Assembly: GCA_977030845.1 (NCBI GenBank)
Contig: OZ365116.1
Coordinates: 20,398,001-20,462,000, forward strand
DNA length: 64,000 bases
From: Fimbriosthenelais zetlandica
Lineage: Eukaryota
Direction of reading: 5' to 3'
Shown here: one piece after another, positions 29,401 through 44,400 of the stretch
How the letters are laid out: the number at the start of each line of letters is the position of its first letter
How positions within the stretch are numbered: position 1 is the stretch's first letter
Notes under the pieces: generated by a model
Seen by the model: the letters and a program-made list of their open reading frames with translations, nothing else
Database searches by the model: none
What the model was told of the DNA's origin: nothing
Position numbers and translations under genes: made by a program

Positions 29401-32400
29401 ATATCACTCTAATGGATGCTGCACTATATGAAATGCTACATTTATAACTATTACTTTCAGGCTTTAAATCTAGAGGATCTTAGTTGAGGGAAGACTTTTT
29501 GTGTAGTACGATATTCCATCTATATCCCTACAGTCTTGAGATCACGATCGATTACATATCTGCATTATTGATGCCATGTACCATTAATAGGGTCAAATGA
29601 TTGGCGTGGTTATATCATAAGCTTCACTTGTACGTGGGCGTAGGCTTATGGTAGGTGTAAGTTGAATTTAAATTGAATTGGATTCAGCTCAGATATGTGG
29701 AAGTTTTGCTAAGATTGCTTTACTATAGTGACATTGATCATTAGAAATTCTCTTAATTTCTCCATAATCCATCCCATAATTCATCAGTCTATATATGTCT
29801 GTACCCATGCTGCTCTCTGGCAGCTGTACTACACTTTCAAAAGCTGGACCTTTTAGAGGAGGGTATGTTCTATAATGATCTACCACTTGATGGGCTTGCT
29901 TTCTATGCAGTAGCTGCCCCTTCAGATCCTAGCACGCGATGTCTATGAAAAAGAGCCTTTATAAAGTGGCTTGTCATGTCCCCTGTGGGGTTCTCCACCA
30001 ATAGATTGAGCTTTATTCCAGTAGTCCTGGCCATGTATAGAGTACAAATCACAGATATGCGAGACCCCTGGTACTAGCCCCGCATGTGGAATTACACCAA
30101 GTAACAAAATCCTATTCCTAATCATTTGAATTAAAATACCGTTATGAATATTGACTAGAGTGTCAGTTAATTTAAAGAGATGAAATGGTGTGGATTGAAA
30201 AAAGATTTGTTTTGATGGCGCCTCTGGTTTCAGGGGAGAATGATGAAGGTCTTTCAACGGCTCATTCATCATTTTGGAAAGAAAACACCAAGATGGAAGT
30301 GACTTGTGTCAACAATGATGATGTTTTCCCAGTCATTCCTATTACAATTATCTGAATGATTTGAAGCATAAATAGCGCAGCAATGCAAGAGCTCATATTA
30401 TTTTTCTTGTGAATATTATGTGGAATGCACCAATAGTCTAAATCATTTCCTGGCCGAGATTGTTTTCTAAGCTTTGTGTGATGGAGGGTTTTCTAATACA
30501 GCTAGTGAACCTGCTGCCCTGCCATCATCAGACTTGGTCAGTGCTCTCTCACAGCGTGCATCTTCTCTACAGCCGGGGTACCTTTTACTCTGAAGCTCAG
30601 ATCAATGATAAAGCTGAAAGAAGCAGGCCTGTTGTTTTTGAAGAGCCATGTCCTCCCTGGTGGAACTGGTGCAGGGGGATAACTATCCCCTGTGTTGTTA
30701 TATTGGTATTGATCTAAATCTTTTTACGGCGGGTAGGGTCTGGTAGGGCTTATTACAGCCGGAGGGCCTCAGTAGACAATTATCGGGGTTGCACAAAATC
30801 AATTTGGCCACCCTCTCCTTGTCATTACAGAATTCCTGAGTACTGCATTAGGAAGTTTCATACAGTCGAGACTGCAGTTATTTTAAGTGTAAAATTGAAG
30901 TATGTCTTCATGTAAGTTAGACAGTGTATTGTAGCTTTAAGCAAAATCCGCCTATTCCATGTTTTTCTCACGCAGTAATATGTACTTGAATACCAAATGT
31001 GGGTGCCTCAGTGAATCGTACCATCTGCCCTCAGGAAATGGCATCTTGGTAGGTAGCATACGGGCACTTGAATCAGCATAATTAATTCACGCTGCGTCCT
31101 ATAGAATGTTTCCAATCAATCATGAGTGAAACATATATACCCCCGTGGAAGATCAAAGCCACTGCTGCCTCGAAATCAAATTGAAATCCACCAAGCCCTT
31201 ATCCCTTGTTGAGGCTGTAGGTAGTAGAGCAGATTGCAGTGTATCTGTTAACAAAGCCTTGATTTTGCAGCCGGCTGTTTGTTCTAAATGGGCCTGGCTG
31301 GCAAAGACGGAATTCAGACCATGTCCCTGCCAGGCCCAGCCACTGTCACTGTTCGTGGGATGTAGCCAGCCAGTCATCAGGTGTTGCAAGCTTAATTACC
31401 TAGACCCTCCCAAGGTAATGGCAAGTCTATATACTTCATGCTTACCACGAAATGCAGGAGTGAAACTTCCTCTCATTCATCCTGCCTTCATAGTTATCAC
31501 AGGAAGTACACTTCATGGAAGAGTGGAAGCAAGGTCTTTCTTGCATCTAATTTGATTTATAAGGCAGAGTATGAAAAGATTTATGTGAGTGGAATGCCGA
31601 GCCTCCATCTGTGCTGCCTTTAAAGGTCAAAGCTCCTTATCGAGCCCTTTATATGTCACGCATTAGCAGCTAAAAGCACGAAAAGTCAGCATGCTCAGAC
31701 AAACATGTACCCCATGGATAGTGTAGACAAACATAATAACTGAATTATGTATCATATTGAAAATACATAACTGTATAACACTTGTATTTATTCAGGTGTG
31801 ATAAGTAATTATGTAAAGGAAATATTTACATTAGGCGTCTGATGAAAGTCCAAATGACATATTCCATGCATTTCTATTGAAGGCCTAGATGTTTGTGAAG
31901 TCTTGTGGAGTTCATTAATGGGAACCCACACCCCTGATTTGGGAGAATCAACAAGACCTGCCCCTAATTCAACATGCAATCCCGCCAGACAGGGTTACTG
32001 GCGGATTTGATGGACTATTTTGTCTGTGACATGAATGGAGATCAGTTTGCCCACTGTGTTTAATTTGATTTTCTCCCAGTCTCATTATGTTATTCTGTAG
32101 GGCCTTTAACCACACGCAAAGTTTGCATTTTAGGCCATCTTCAAACCAGAATACGAATTAGTGGTATTCTAAAAACCAGAATACGAATTAGTGGTATTCT
32201 AAAAAATCACTTTCCTTGTATGGGCTGCTTAGGATAAGATGTTGACTGATTAAGATGCCATTAACTCGAGCTCTTACTGAGAACGACAGCACAGAGCTTG
32301 ACTGGCCTTGACTGGTCTTGGAGGGGATTTGATACTTTATAACAGGGCATCAGAAGGCATCGTATTCCACCTCACCTCATGCCATCAGACTTCACCTGCT

Positions 32401-35400
32401 TCACTAGACAAGACTTTATTTTTAAGCCGAGTAGATGCTCGACAACTGAGCCTTAAAAATAGCAAGACCAAGTGCTTTAATGCTTATCTCGCCTGATGGC
32501 CCTCTGAAAGCATGTTAAAGGTTTGGTGCCTCAACATTTTCATGCTCTGTATTAGCAAGTCTGGTTTATGGAAGATTGGCCAGGGCATATTCTCAGTAAG
32601 AACATAATCTCCTCCATTGTTTTGAATTGGGAATGCATCAAGTAGATGGCAACCTTCACGTTCAAACTGTTGGGTCAGCAGCCAATATAAGGGTGTACTA
32701 TATAGGACAGTCGGGGGTATTAACCTAATACCTTCTGGATCCCTCGATGGATTAAGGATATATCTAGGGCAGTACTAGATGTTAATAGTATGTTAATCCC
32801 ATAAAAAACAAGGGTATGATAAAGTAGGATTATGTCAGGTCCATGTTAAAATATGTGTGATAGGAAAAGATTTATATCCAAAAAATTCTTCTATTCCTAG
32901 CTTAGTGATGGCTGTGCTCATTCTACCAAGAAACCAGACCTGCTGCTCACCGAATAAATGAGTGTGACATTCTGGTTGTGGCACAGAGGCGTGTTCACGG
33001 AATTAATTGATTTGTGGTCAGCTTGTCTATACTTCTCTCTTTCTCTCTTTTCAGTGGCGAACAATTCACAGACCAAGAAATCGAGGTAAGTTTCTTAACT
33101 ATATTCAGAATATCTAAGAAATAATGTGTATTTTACGTGTGCCTTTTAATCGATATCACTAGTCTGACCATGGGCATTCTCAGCACGAATCCTGATAGGG
33201 TATCTATTTATAACTTGTAATCCGTAGCTGCATGTAGTGCGTATTATAGATGACGGAAATTAGAACATTCTTCACGAGGCTGCTTTAATCAGTGGACCTT
33301 AATGACGTCACACGGCGTCTATGTCCAGGCTGGTGTTATCACGGCTGTGATTGAAGCTGACACATAGCCTGCCATCTATAGCCGACCATCCATAGCCGAG
33401 CTGCTCCACCACTGTCCCTCACCCCATCTATGAGCTCCCCCAGTAATGCGTCCCCTGGGTTTACACTGCCATTTACTCCTCTCACCATACTAGCACATCA
33501 GTAATTACCACCATTAATCACCAACAATTCATATATAGCTCAAACATTGTCCCTTCACAAGTCAGAAGTACTAAGGTTTTTTATACAATTCCTTTGAATT
33601 GAGGGACAATGTCTAATGGGCGACCTGAGTGCACCAAGGTATCAATAGACCTATATTGGGAATACGGTTGGGGGTCTAAGCCTATTTCCTCGTGTTCTGC
33701 CAGCTCAGGCTGTTGAAGCCCTTCCTCACCAGACTTAGGGTATCATAAGATCCATGGGCTGTCTCTAGGGTTATTACGTACCAAGATCTCTATTGACCAG
33801 GTCTCCCACCCCCCTGCCATACATGCCTACCCTCACACAGGTGCCTTCAGCCCTATATAAGGCCTTATTGATGGCCGACCTCATTGTCCTGCAGATCTAA
33901 ATCTACTGCTAGGAAATTGGTCACCAAGCTCATTATGATCCCGGGTGGGCGGTTACCTCGATTGCTTGCCTTTTACCATACACCTACTTTGCTCCCATTT
34001 CCTGCCAGCAAGGAACGGGACATGAAGCGAATCAATATATCATGCAACAAAAATAGAACCCATCTGACAAGAACAGTTCACGGTTCTCGTAAAAAACAAG
34101 TTGCATCTGCCCCAAGCCATCTCAGATTTAATGATAGATTTGTGGTGTGGACACTATGTGTACATTAGATTGCTGTAAAAATAGTATTTGCGTAGCTTTT
34201 ACATGTTCTATGAGCTACCCGATGAATTGCTGTCACTTTGAAATTTCAAACGGTGGCCGCCTCAGACCCATTGAGACTAGTGGGAGAGAGGCTTGAATGT
34301 GGCAGTATTACTGAGTCCAGACGTACACTATCAAATTGACCTTCATGGCCGTGTGTAAATTGCTGAGATTGGCGAGATAAAATGAAGTAAATGCCGACTG
34401 GTTTATTCTATTGATCTGCAGAATTCGTAAATATTTTAAGAAGCTTGGTTCACCTCGGGGTTAGAAAAACCTTTTAGGGACCTTTCCTGTGTACATATGC
34501 TGTAGAAGTTTGGTACATTAGATGGTGAACAGCTTTCAGCTTTGCCAGACGGTTAGGTTTTGATCGATGGGACTTTTAGATTGTTGTTGAATTGATTGAT
34601 CCATAACCAGTGGAGCATGCGCGTATTTTTACTCGGCATCAGCAAGTTTTCATCACATTACACTGGTCACGTTAGATAAATCCCCTCAAATCTCCACCCC
34701 ATAATCAGACACTGATGCCAAACCTACAGATACTTCCTTGGTCAAGATCGCTCTAACTCGCTGGCTCCATGCCCCCTGAAGCTGCCCATGTATGCTGCCG
34801 AGCCTGAAAGCAGACCCAAGCATTGTGAAAATAAGCAATTACCTATAATGCCTTCATCTTGAAGGAGATACTGACCACACGCTATCTTATATGGTCACTG
34901 GACATGATAAAAGTGACCATGCCCTCAGGGCCGGCTCCATTCCTATATTGTGGAAGCAGCGGATTGGAAATCTTTTAAAAAGTCCTATCTTTTATTGAAC
35001 CCTTTCTTATATCATCCATGGGCGCTGGTTTTCTCCCAGAAGTTTAACTTCTGAAACGAAACTTTGGTGATAACTAGTGTTCACTTTCATGAGATACGGA
35101 TGTATTTATTTCGAGACATGGCATAATGTTTCCCACAGGAGGCTTGTAAACTAATAGTCCAGGAATTGGGTTGATCCCTGGAGATCATGGAAAAAGAAAA
35201 GAATCGGCAATTTGTGACTGAAATGATTAGGGCTGATTTTGACTCAGAGCAGCTAAAAAAAGTCTGGAAATATTTATGAATAAATTGCATAAATAATTCC
35301 AGCCAGAGGAACGGGGAACTGCCATATTCCATAAGCAATTAATGTAAGAAAATCCCACTTTTCAAAATAGTATGACTACAGCACATGTATCAGGAACCGC

Positions 35401-38400
35401 CTTTGTCATTTATTTCATTCCTTATTCAAGAAGAGAAAAAAAAGGTGTACAAAAACAGGCAGTCTGTCTCCACTGTTACACTGCCATGAGGAATGATATA
35501 TCCTAGGGCAGATGAATGTTGGTTGGAAATGGCAAAGCTGTACAACACAGACTTTTTATAATCTTTTTATACATAAGCTCCTTTGGTGGATGCTTGGTTT
35601 GCGTTCAAGTAAAGGAAGAATGGCTTGCTTGAATTTCAAGTATGGCAATATGAATATTGTAAGTAAATAGAGTCAGTATGAGTATGATGTGGATAGATGG
35701 GAAATATGAGGTATAATACATACATACTGCTGAACATGCATATTTATCAGACGTATCAGATAAATAATGAACATAATTCCCTTCTCAAATCCGATTCTCT
35801 GAGGGTGTCAGCTTACACCAAGCTCCCATATATAGCTGACCAGCATTTATGACAGTTCATGAGTGTAGCTATTGACCATTCCTAATAGATTACTACACTG
35901 TCTCCATGCAGGCACCTATTTGTCATTCAAAATGGATGCCAAGTACATCCTCCCCTAATTGCAGCCCATTTGTAATGTATCCTTGGTTACAACAATAAGT
36001 ATTCTCCTCATTTGCTGCAAAAAAATATCCCCTAGGTAGTGGATGGTTGCATGTTTAATTAATGAACATTTGATTAATGAGTGTAGTAGGCATGTGTACT
36101 TTACATTGCATTAAATGTTCATGTGTAGAAAAATAGATTCTATATCTACCAGATGACTTAGTGAGATATTTAAGATTTTAAATAGTATGGCTTGCTGGTA
36201 TTGATCGTGTCCGTATGGTGCAGTCATTTACCCGCTATGGTCAGCATGGCCTGCCTTGGATGTCTTGGATGTATCAATGCACGCCAGCAGTCGATCCATG
36301 CCTTCCATCTCCTACCTCCCACCACTACCACAGTTGGTTTTTTAACTCATCTATTGTGTTCCTTCACAATATGTTAGGTGAAGGCTTCTGTGTAAATGCT
36401 ACCCAGTCTTTGGCTTTGAATCAAGACTCAAGGTAAAAATGCAGCCTGCAGCAGCCTGTTTCATTACCTGTTTGATTCTATGAATCGTGGAAGTTATACA
36501 TACTAGTAGCTTATAAAAGTCTAATGTTACACTTACTGTATAGGAAAGCTATCCTTAGAGCGTGTAAAAAGCGTTCAATCTTTACCCAGAACTCACTGAA
36601 TAGTTGATTCAACTTCTGTTCTATATTTGGCTGAATGATCAGAATACGCTTCCCGGGTCGAGGTTGGGTGATCCTTGCTGAGAGAATGCTGGCTTCAGCA
36701 ATCAGGGGCTGTGGTGGAGAAGCCATTTAGGATGGCACATGGACCTGGAGGTTGGTGAGAGCTATTACCCCAGGCCAGGCTTGCTTATTGTGTAGAAACC
36801 ATACACCATCCTCATGCTGTTAGCAGAATGTCTAGAGACAGAGGCGAAGGCCCTTCCACTTAGGACTACTTCTAGACATGCCACACACTGACTCTCTTAG
36901 CGAAGATTGTGTCTGGCGAAATTGCTTTAAGTCTCATGCTTGAATTGCTCTCACCACCACCTCCTACAAAATCTGGGCGAGAAAAAGGAACTTGCAAACT
37001 GCTTAGCACCACCAGCACAATTTCCACTCGTCAGAGAATTGGCATGATGTATGGGCACCCTGGTACGAACACCTGCTGAATTCAAAAGCTCCAGATTTAC
37101 TCCCCAAATCCACTTCCACATGACCAATAAATCTCTTTTTCATATGTACTGGCTTGAATCATCTTGGAGCTGGCTTTTGGTGGTCACACATTTCCACCCA
37201 AGATGTAATGGGCGTCTGCTGTAGTGCGAGAAAAGAGCCATGTTCTCAGGTTTTAGATTTCACGGTCCTTTTCATGTCATCTTTGATGTCTACTTGATCT
37301 CAGATGAACATTTGGTGTTTGTTTTTGTCTTTGTCATGTCTTCCTTCAATGAGCCTTTTTCTGTCTGACCGTCCAGTAGAGATGGATGGGCCTGGGTTGC
37401 TGGTACCAGTGGAGATCCATCACTGCTGTACCAGCCGAGGTGAATTTACACTTGACAAAGATCTACATTTGTCTGGCTCTCCCCTCGTCAAGTCTAGAAT
37501 GAGTTTCCAAGTCCTGTTAACTCTCAGCATAGTAATTGGTAACTCCCACCTGTCTGTTCTTCTAGAATGTACTTCCTGTCGCAACTGGCGGTACATAATG
37601 TCGGTTATGTTAGAAGTTAATTGAGATCACTAAACACAAAAAATACTGAGCTTTCCAGTCATCTGGAAGCAAGAGTAACCGGCTTTGGTAGATGGACATG
37701 ACGTGGCAAGGATCAGAAATAAATTGGCTTTAGTGGCAGGCTCGGTGTGGAGGATGAAACAGCCATACACACACATGGACCCGCGGCTTTATATGACCTT
37801 ATGGCAGCCGGTACGAGGCTCTTTAAGGATTTTATAGATACGGAAAGGGGCTGGTCCATACGATCCAGGATTTATAACAATGTATAAATTAGCCATGTGA
37901 GCACTGAAGCCATACTGCCGGGCCTCCCCTGTGTCCTCTTAACTCTGATCACTAATGTATTGATGCCAAAAGTGAGCATCATCCTTTTATGCTGAGAGAG
38001 ATACACATTTTAACTTCGAAATACTTTCAGAACATGTTCAGATAGTATTGCACTGAAGAGATGTATTGGGATTTCTTTGAATGAGAATACTGTAACGCCG
38101 CCAGCTTACAAATGGCACCACCTGCTCCAGGTTAGGTATGTTTTAGGCCTTGTGAAATGCAATGTTAGCCTTCTTCAGTAGTTCTTTTTACACTCTACTT
38201 CAAAGTCATTGAATTACGAGAGATATTAAGGAAGGTAGATACCGTGCTAATACAACATATGTACTCTTCACACAGCACGATGCTTCCATCTCTGTCCTTG
38301 TCGGAGGACAGGCACAAATAGCCTGATGTGAAGGTCATCACTGTCCCCAGTGAAGGACGTCAACACTCACAATGGATGTTTCTTTAAGAGGAAAAGTTCG

Positions 38401-41400
38401 GGGCTTAGGAGGTGCCTTTACTGGGAAAACCATGGCTTGTAGGAATGAGAAAAACAAGCCTTGTGGTCACATATAGTGACAGGGTGATGGGCGACCTGAC
38501 TCACTAGGCTCGTGGCTCAATAGCTTTAATGACATGTCTTTGTTTATGCTGAGAGAGTTTCTGTTACTTTGAGACTATCTCTCTTTTGTGAGGAGAGTTA
38601 GTGTCTTTGTCAGGCCCTGTGAGAAATGCGCATATTGATGTTTTCTCAGAACTTGTGTCGCTCGTCGAGTTCCTTATTTGGACTGGACGGGTTAGACTAA
38701 AACGTCTGACTTTGAGGAAGTCATCTTAGAGATCTAGACGAAACATTGGATCCGGATTAAAACAATTTTTTCGGGAGCAAAAAATTTGGTTAAGAATTTG
38801 ATACATTGATATAGATGTGTGTGGAAGGTGCCAACAAGTTGCTCATAAGATTACTTGCACTGTTTCATGTGTAATTTTCTTGAATTTTGTTCTTAGATTC
38901 TTCTTCTGATCATTTTCCTTTCTACTTTCAGGAAAAGTTCGCAAGTCTTGCACTGGCCTTCAAGACAGACAAGCTTACCCTTGAGAAGCGGATAGATCTC
39001 CATGAGCGAGCAAGAGACATTGCTGAGCAGAATGTCAACCGTGAAATTGATGGCCTCAAAGAAGCCATGAAGGTGGGTGAACTTTGGCAGGCGTAGAAAT
39101 GGGCCTGAAATCTTGTATTGTTAGTCTTTATAAGAGATAGAAGATACTGTTGATTATTTAATATATGTTTCAAGTATTTGCTTGCTATATTTATCAGATG
39201 CTTATAAGTCATGACACCAGGTCCTTTCTAAATGGTCTATATGGACTCCACTTTCACCATTGCTCTGAAAATTGGTTTTGACAGTTTTTCTTATTCGAGC
39301 TTTAAAGTCTGAGAAAAAATTTCCCAAAGTTGTAGCGATTTTCTGCAGTCATGAATAACAGACCCGAAGCCATGCGTGTTATAAAGTGATCTTCAATGTT
39401 AGCCAAATCCAACCCGTCCTCCTCCTTTTAAAAGTGAATTCTTTTCACTGAATGATTAAAGGATAACAAAAATGGCTTCCGCAATTACAGCTGGTGATAG
39501 ATAGTAAAAAAGATGAACTGCTTCCATGCATTAATCCAAACGAAGATTGCCACGTAAGGGAAAATCCAAGCCAGTCAGCCCTGGCTTAAAGCCTTCCTTA
39601 ATCATGTAAATCCCTCACAATGGAGACTACAGCAAAGTCATACACTGGTTCACACCATCAACATATACAAACATGTCCCCAATTTATTTACACTATTTGT
39701 AAAAAAAATTATATTGATCAAAGGAATGAAACTTTGGTTTATCTCACTTTCTCATTTATGACCATTTTTCACGGCAGGTTGAACTTGAGAAAGAAATTAA
39801 AGATAGGGAAGATGGCTGGAGGTATAAATGCTGCTTCTGCTGCCTTCACTCCCAACCATTAAGCTTATGTTGGTGGCGAATCAATAATCCACTTTGAGGC
39901 CGCGCTAATTGAATATGCTACAGGCTCCTGCATTGAAGACATTTATTTAATCACATATAAATTCCTATTTATGGATCAATATATTGTTTGAGCGATAAGG
40001 TTTTGAAATTAAACCGAGTCCTATCTTTGTGAAGCAGCATATAGTACCTTGGCTTTCTCTGCTTTGTTGGGAATATCCAATGTAGAGCTTGTTTCTTATA
40101 ATGTTCTCAGTAAAGAAAGAGATCGAAGCTGGCGATAAAAAGAAAATACTTTAATTTACGCTTCAACACGTCCAATTCATCATTGGATGGATGCTGCCAT
40201 TATGCGGCTTCTTTTACTGGGCTGAATGCCTTCGTTATAACTCAACAAGCACCATTCAAGCCCCAATGTAGGAATAGATTTTTTAATAGCCTTTAACACT
40301 TCCAGAATTCAAGAGTGCATTTTCAGGTGGGTCTGATCGACTTAAGCTCCAGAACTTGGAGGGAATAAGCCAATTATAGTAGCCGGAAGAGTCGATAAGG
40401 CCTTTGCCATATATATGTATTCCGTTGACAATCTTGTTATGGATTTATCTATGAAAATAATTGACGTACTGCAAGGTTCCTAGAAGAATATAGAATGGAC
40501 CGGGTATGAGCAGAGTGAAGATATAACTGCTGTTACTGCCGCTTACACCAAACTCTGTCCAAATATATGCTGCTCCCCGGTTATATGTCCATCACGTCCT
40601 CAATATGGACCACTTACATCAGAAATAAGCTGTAGTCTCCCACATACGAGATGGATCACAGCTAATGTGAGAGATGCCAATCAGGACTTCTAGATCTAGA
40701 TGCATATATCTTATAGACTTGTTTCCACCCTAGAAATCTAGTCTGAAATATTTGAGTCGCAAGTTTTGTCATAAAGAGCAAGAATATACCTTTCCTTTTG
40801 ACAAGTTTGCAGCCCCCCTCCCCCGAATATATTTCTAACCATCTTCTGACTAAATACCGTGTTGGCTGCAGTGGACACTGACATCAGAGATAAGAGATGG
40901 ATGCAGTTTGTCATTATTCCCTGCCATCATTGTGAAGGAGCTACTTTCAAGCCTCCTACCCTTTCGGTGCACTTAAAAGGAGAGCTGGCTTTTTATCACC
41001 AGTATATGGGTAAAGAGGATATCTTGTAGGCTGCTCTGTCATCCAAGCACCATCTCCAGCTGAGAACGATTAAAGACCATGTCCTCGTCACTTTGATGCA
41101 TCGTCTCAGGATATTGTGTGCTGATTTTTACTTGTGTCTCCCTGTCATTTCATCGTCTTCCCTGCTGCTAACCTACATCTGATAAGTCAGAAAGTAGCCT
41201 AAAGACCACCATCCTATAGAAGCCTTCCTACATCCTGCTAATTATAGTATAGCTTATATATATCATTGATCTTTTATCTGATGGTGTAATCAAAACCATA
41301 GAATGGTATTTTTGAACTGATGGTATCAACTGTGCATTGGCTGGTTGTAGGGGAGTGATATTGTGCTATAATCTAAGGCTTTATGATGAGTGAGCTGCTC

Positions 41401-44400
41401 GGACACCGTGAGATGGTGGCAGGTGTTGTACTGTGAGGTGGGAGATGCTCAAGAAAAACCTGACAATGGTATGAGTTTTAATGAGCAGGTTATGAACGTC
41501 AATGAAAGCTTGCACCGAGTGCGGCGTTATTACCAGAGATATGGCCACTAAACATTGAACCGCAGCAAATGAACGGTGGTTAAGTTGGAGAATGGAAACT
41601 TCACATGGAAAGATGAAATACGGAGCTGGGAACTATCCATTGATTCGTAAATAACCTCAGTTTCAGAGACTGACTTCGGCTTTTGTTATCTCTAGGTTTA
41701 TCCATTATGATCCACACATAAAGATGTTTGACCCGTCGCGGTATAAGTATGGTCTGTATTGATTTGTGTGCTTCTGATGCCTTTGTTGTCTGCCCCTTAT
41801 CTAATTGATCAGGCTATTTTTGGTGGACCTGCCTGGCAGCAATTTATATACCCCACACCAGCATTGAACCATCAATTCAATAATACCAGATATACATACA
41901 GTAAGCGAGTGATCTGCTTCCAGATTAGTAGGTGTATTCGTCATTATCTTTGTTATTTTCTCCCTAGAACCAAGTGGATGAAAGGCTTTCAAAAGATTTT
42001 TTTCCCGGAAATCTCGTATACTTAGTCTGTAAGCATCCATTATTAGCCAGTCAATTCACATGGGTACACGACTCAGTATAGTAGAATGGAACAACATTGC
42101 ACCCAGGCCAAATGTACATTGGTTGAGCCCACATAGAAGCATGATGTTACATCTATCCCTGGCACGCCTAAACCAGGATATTAAGGATCAGATAACACAA
42201 CCTGTATACATACCTAGTCCCCAGGGTATTACATATAGCCCCATACGTTAAGCCTTCCTATCAGACTGGCCTGTACTGAACAGGCGAGTACGTACTGCAG
42301 GACTTGACTTTATACTTGATGGATTCTCGGTATTGTTCTAGCCTGATTGTCTCCAGCTCCTGTGGATTTCAAGTCATGAGGGACGGTGGTACAGCGAATA
42401 GTGAAGCTAATCCCAGGCTTCACTGGCTGAATGCTATGTCAAATGTCATTTAGTCAGAGATTGGTGCCTAGTAAGTCCATTCTCGGCTTTTTGTCAGCCC
42501 CATGAGAACTGTAGCAGACATCTGGCCTTCAGCTCACCATTGTTATCTGTTCTACTCACCAATCTCTTCCTAAATGATATTTGTCCAAAGTTAATTATCT
42601 GCCTTCCTCCTCATTAGTGAGGGCCTCCGTCTCCTACCACTCTTGACCCTGACTTAAAGGTTTTGTGACAGCAGCAGTAAGTTAGTTCCATCATGTCTCG
42701 TCTGGTCATCTAATGATTGCTGATAGGCAGTGGCTTATTAGATCTGGTCCACTCTTCCTCTGACGCAATCAACTATGAGTGGTTGGCATTATACAGTGAC
42801 CACAGTGACATTGGAGATGTACTGTTCCACCCACCATTAGTCAGATAGTTCCTATGCTCATTAATTCAGTTTTCTCCTTAAGATGAAAAAGGTATGGCCC
42901 CTTCAATAGCTGGAGAGAAAGGACATTTCAAATCATTGTATTTTGCCTCGCCCTGAAGTGTGAATAACACGTGAGAAGTGGACTGGTTTATTGTCAGTGG
43001 CTTTCATGTATTGATGGTAAATTTGCTTTTATATTGACTTTAATGCCTGATCAGTCAAGTCTGTGAACTGCCTTATTGCCTGCTTTGATGGCTTTCTGTC
43101 GTGGACCATGGAGGCGAGCTGGGAGGCAGAGGGCAACCATAGCTTGAGGTTACCTACCAGCTCTCCTTTATTCCCACTCTCACCTCTCTCCCCTCACCAG
43201 ATCCTTCCCCACGTACCTTACTTATGGCGTCTATCTATTCTAATCGTTCTTCTCACCTTCCTCTGCCCTCTTTATTTGTCCTTCATCCCACCTATTATCC
43301 CAAGATTTCTTCAGTAAAGTGAGTTTCCCTTTGCTGCACTTTCTTTTCCATCGTACCACTTGCCCTGATCCTCCTCTCTTTCATATATCTTTACTGTCTT
43401 CTCTCTCCTCCTATCGGCAATGTATCCTCCCCTTTCTAGTGATATGGAACCTTCTAAGTGCTGGCCTTTACAATGTATGTGTCTGTTGGGATCTACTGCC
43501 CATTGCCTGAGTCCAGTATGGTCAGAATGTTACCCTTGACCAGCAGTGTGTTCCCCCATCTATAAACAGCCCTTCTCCACCAAGTGAAACACATACATGT
43601 ATGCTTGACATTTCCATTAAAATATTCCTGATAAATATAAGGCTTAGGTGTTGCTTTCTATAATATGCGATGCTCGTATAAGAGGTTGAATTTGAATGCT
43701 TCTAGCAATATCCCATTATGAGTTGTATTCGTGATATCACTCAGCTGCCTGTCTATATAGCCCCAGGCTGAACAATTCTCTATTGCTCTTTGCATTCATC
43801 TCTCATGGCGACAAAGCTGGCGTCAACTGATCACTTCAAAAGGATAGATTCTTAAAAAGGTACCAGCCAATTAGCCTGTACCAACATGCCTTGTTTACTT
43901 CCCTGTCTCTCTCTACCTAGCATCTCTAGCCACATAGAAACTCTATGAGACTTGGCCTAAGCTATATAGGCAGGCCTTCTAGATCTGATACAAATAGAGA
44001 TGGTGCAATGTTCACCTATCTCTAGATGCCCCAGGGATGGTCTGTCTCCAGGGAGGGGCTTTTGTCTTTGCTGTGCTCGCCTGAAGATAAGAGAAAGGCG
44101 TGGCTTGATAAGACCAGATATATAGACGGAATATTTGATTCCTTCCCCTCATATCATCACATATCCCACACTCAATGTTCCCCTCAGGTTAGATGATGAT
44201 ACCCCCTCAATAACTTACCTTGTTACATCAAATATTGAGCACCCTGATAGTCCTTCTCTATGCGGAAAACTGTACTGGAATGTGCTCTGCATAAATTTCA
44301 TCAGACAAATCCTTCAAAACCTTATCTCACTTTCATCTTTCTTATCTAACCCTTTCCATGCCCAGATTCAATAATTCAATTTGACGTAGACACAATGTTA

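Noticed and set aside
36500-38760. Possible decayed DNA transposon (minus-strand fragments such as QFSD/GNCAG and Cys-rich pieces)
   Set aside because: Too fragmentary to assign a family or boundaries by eye
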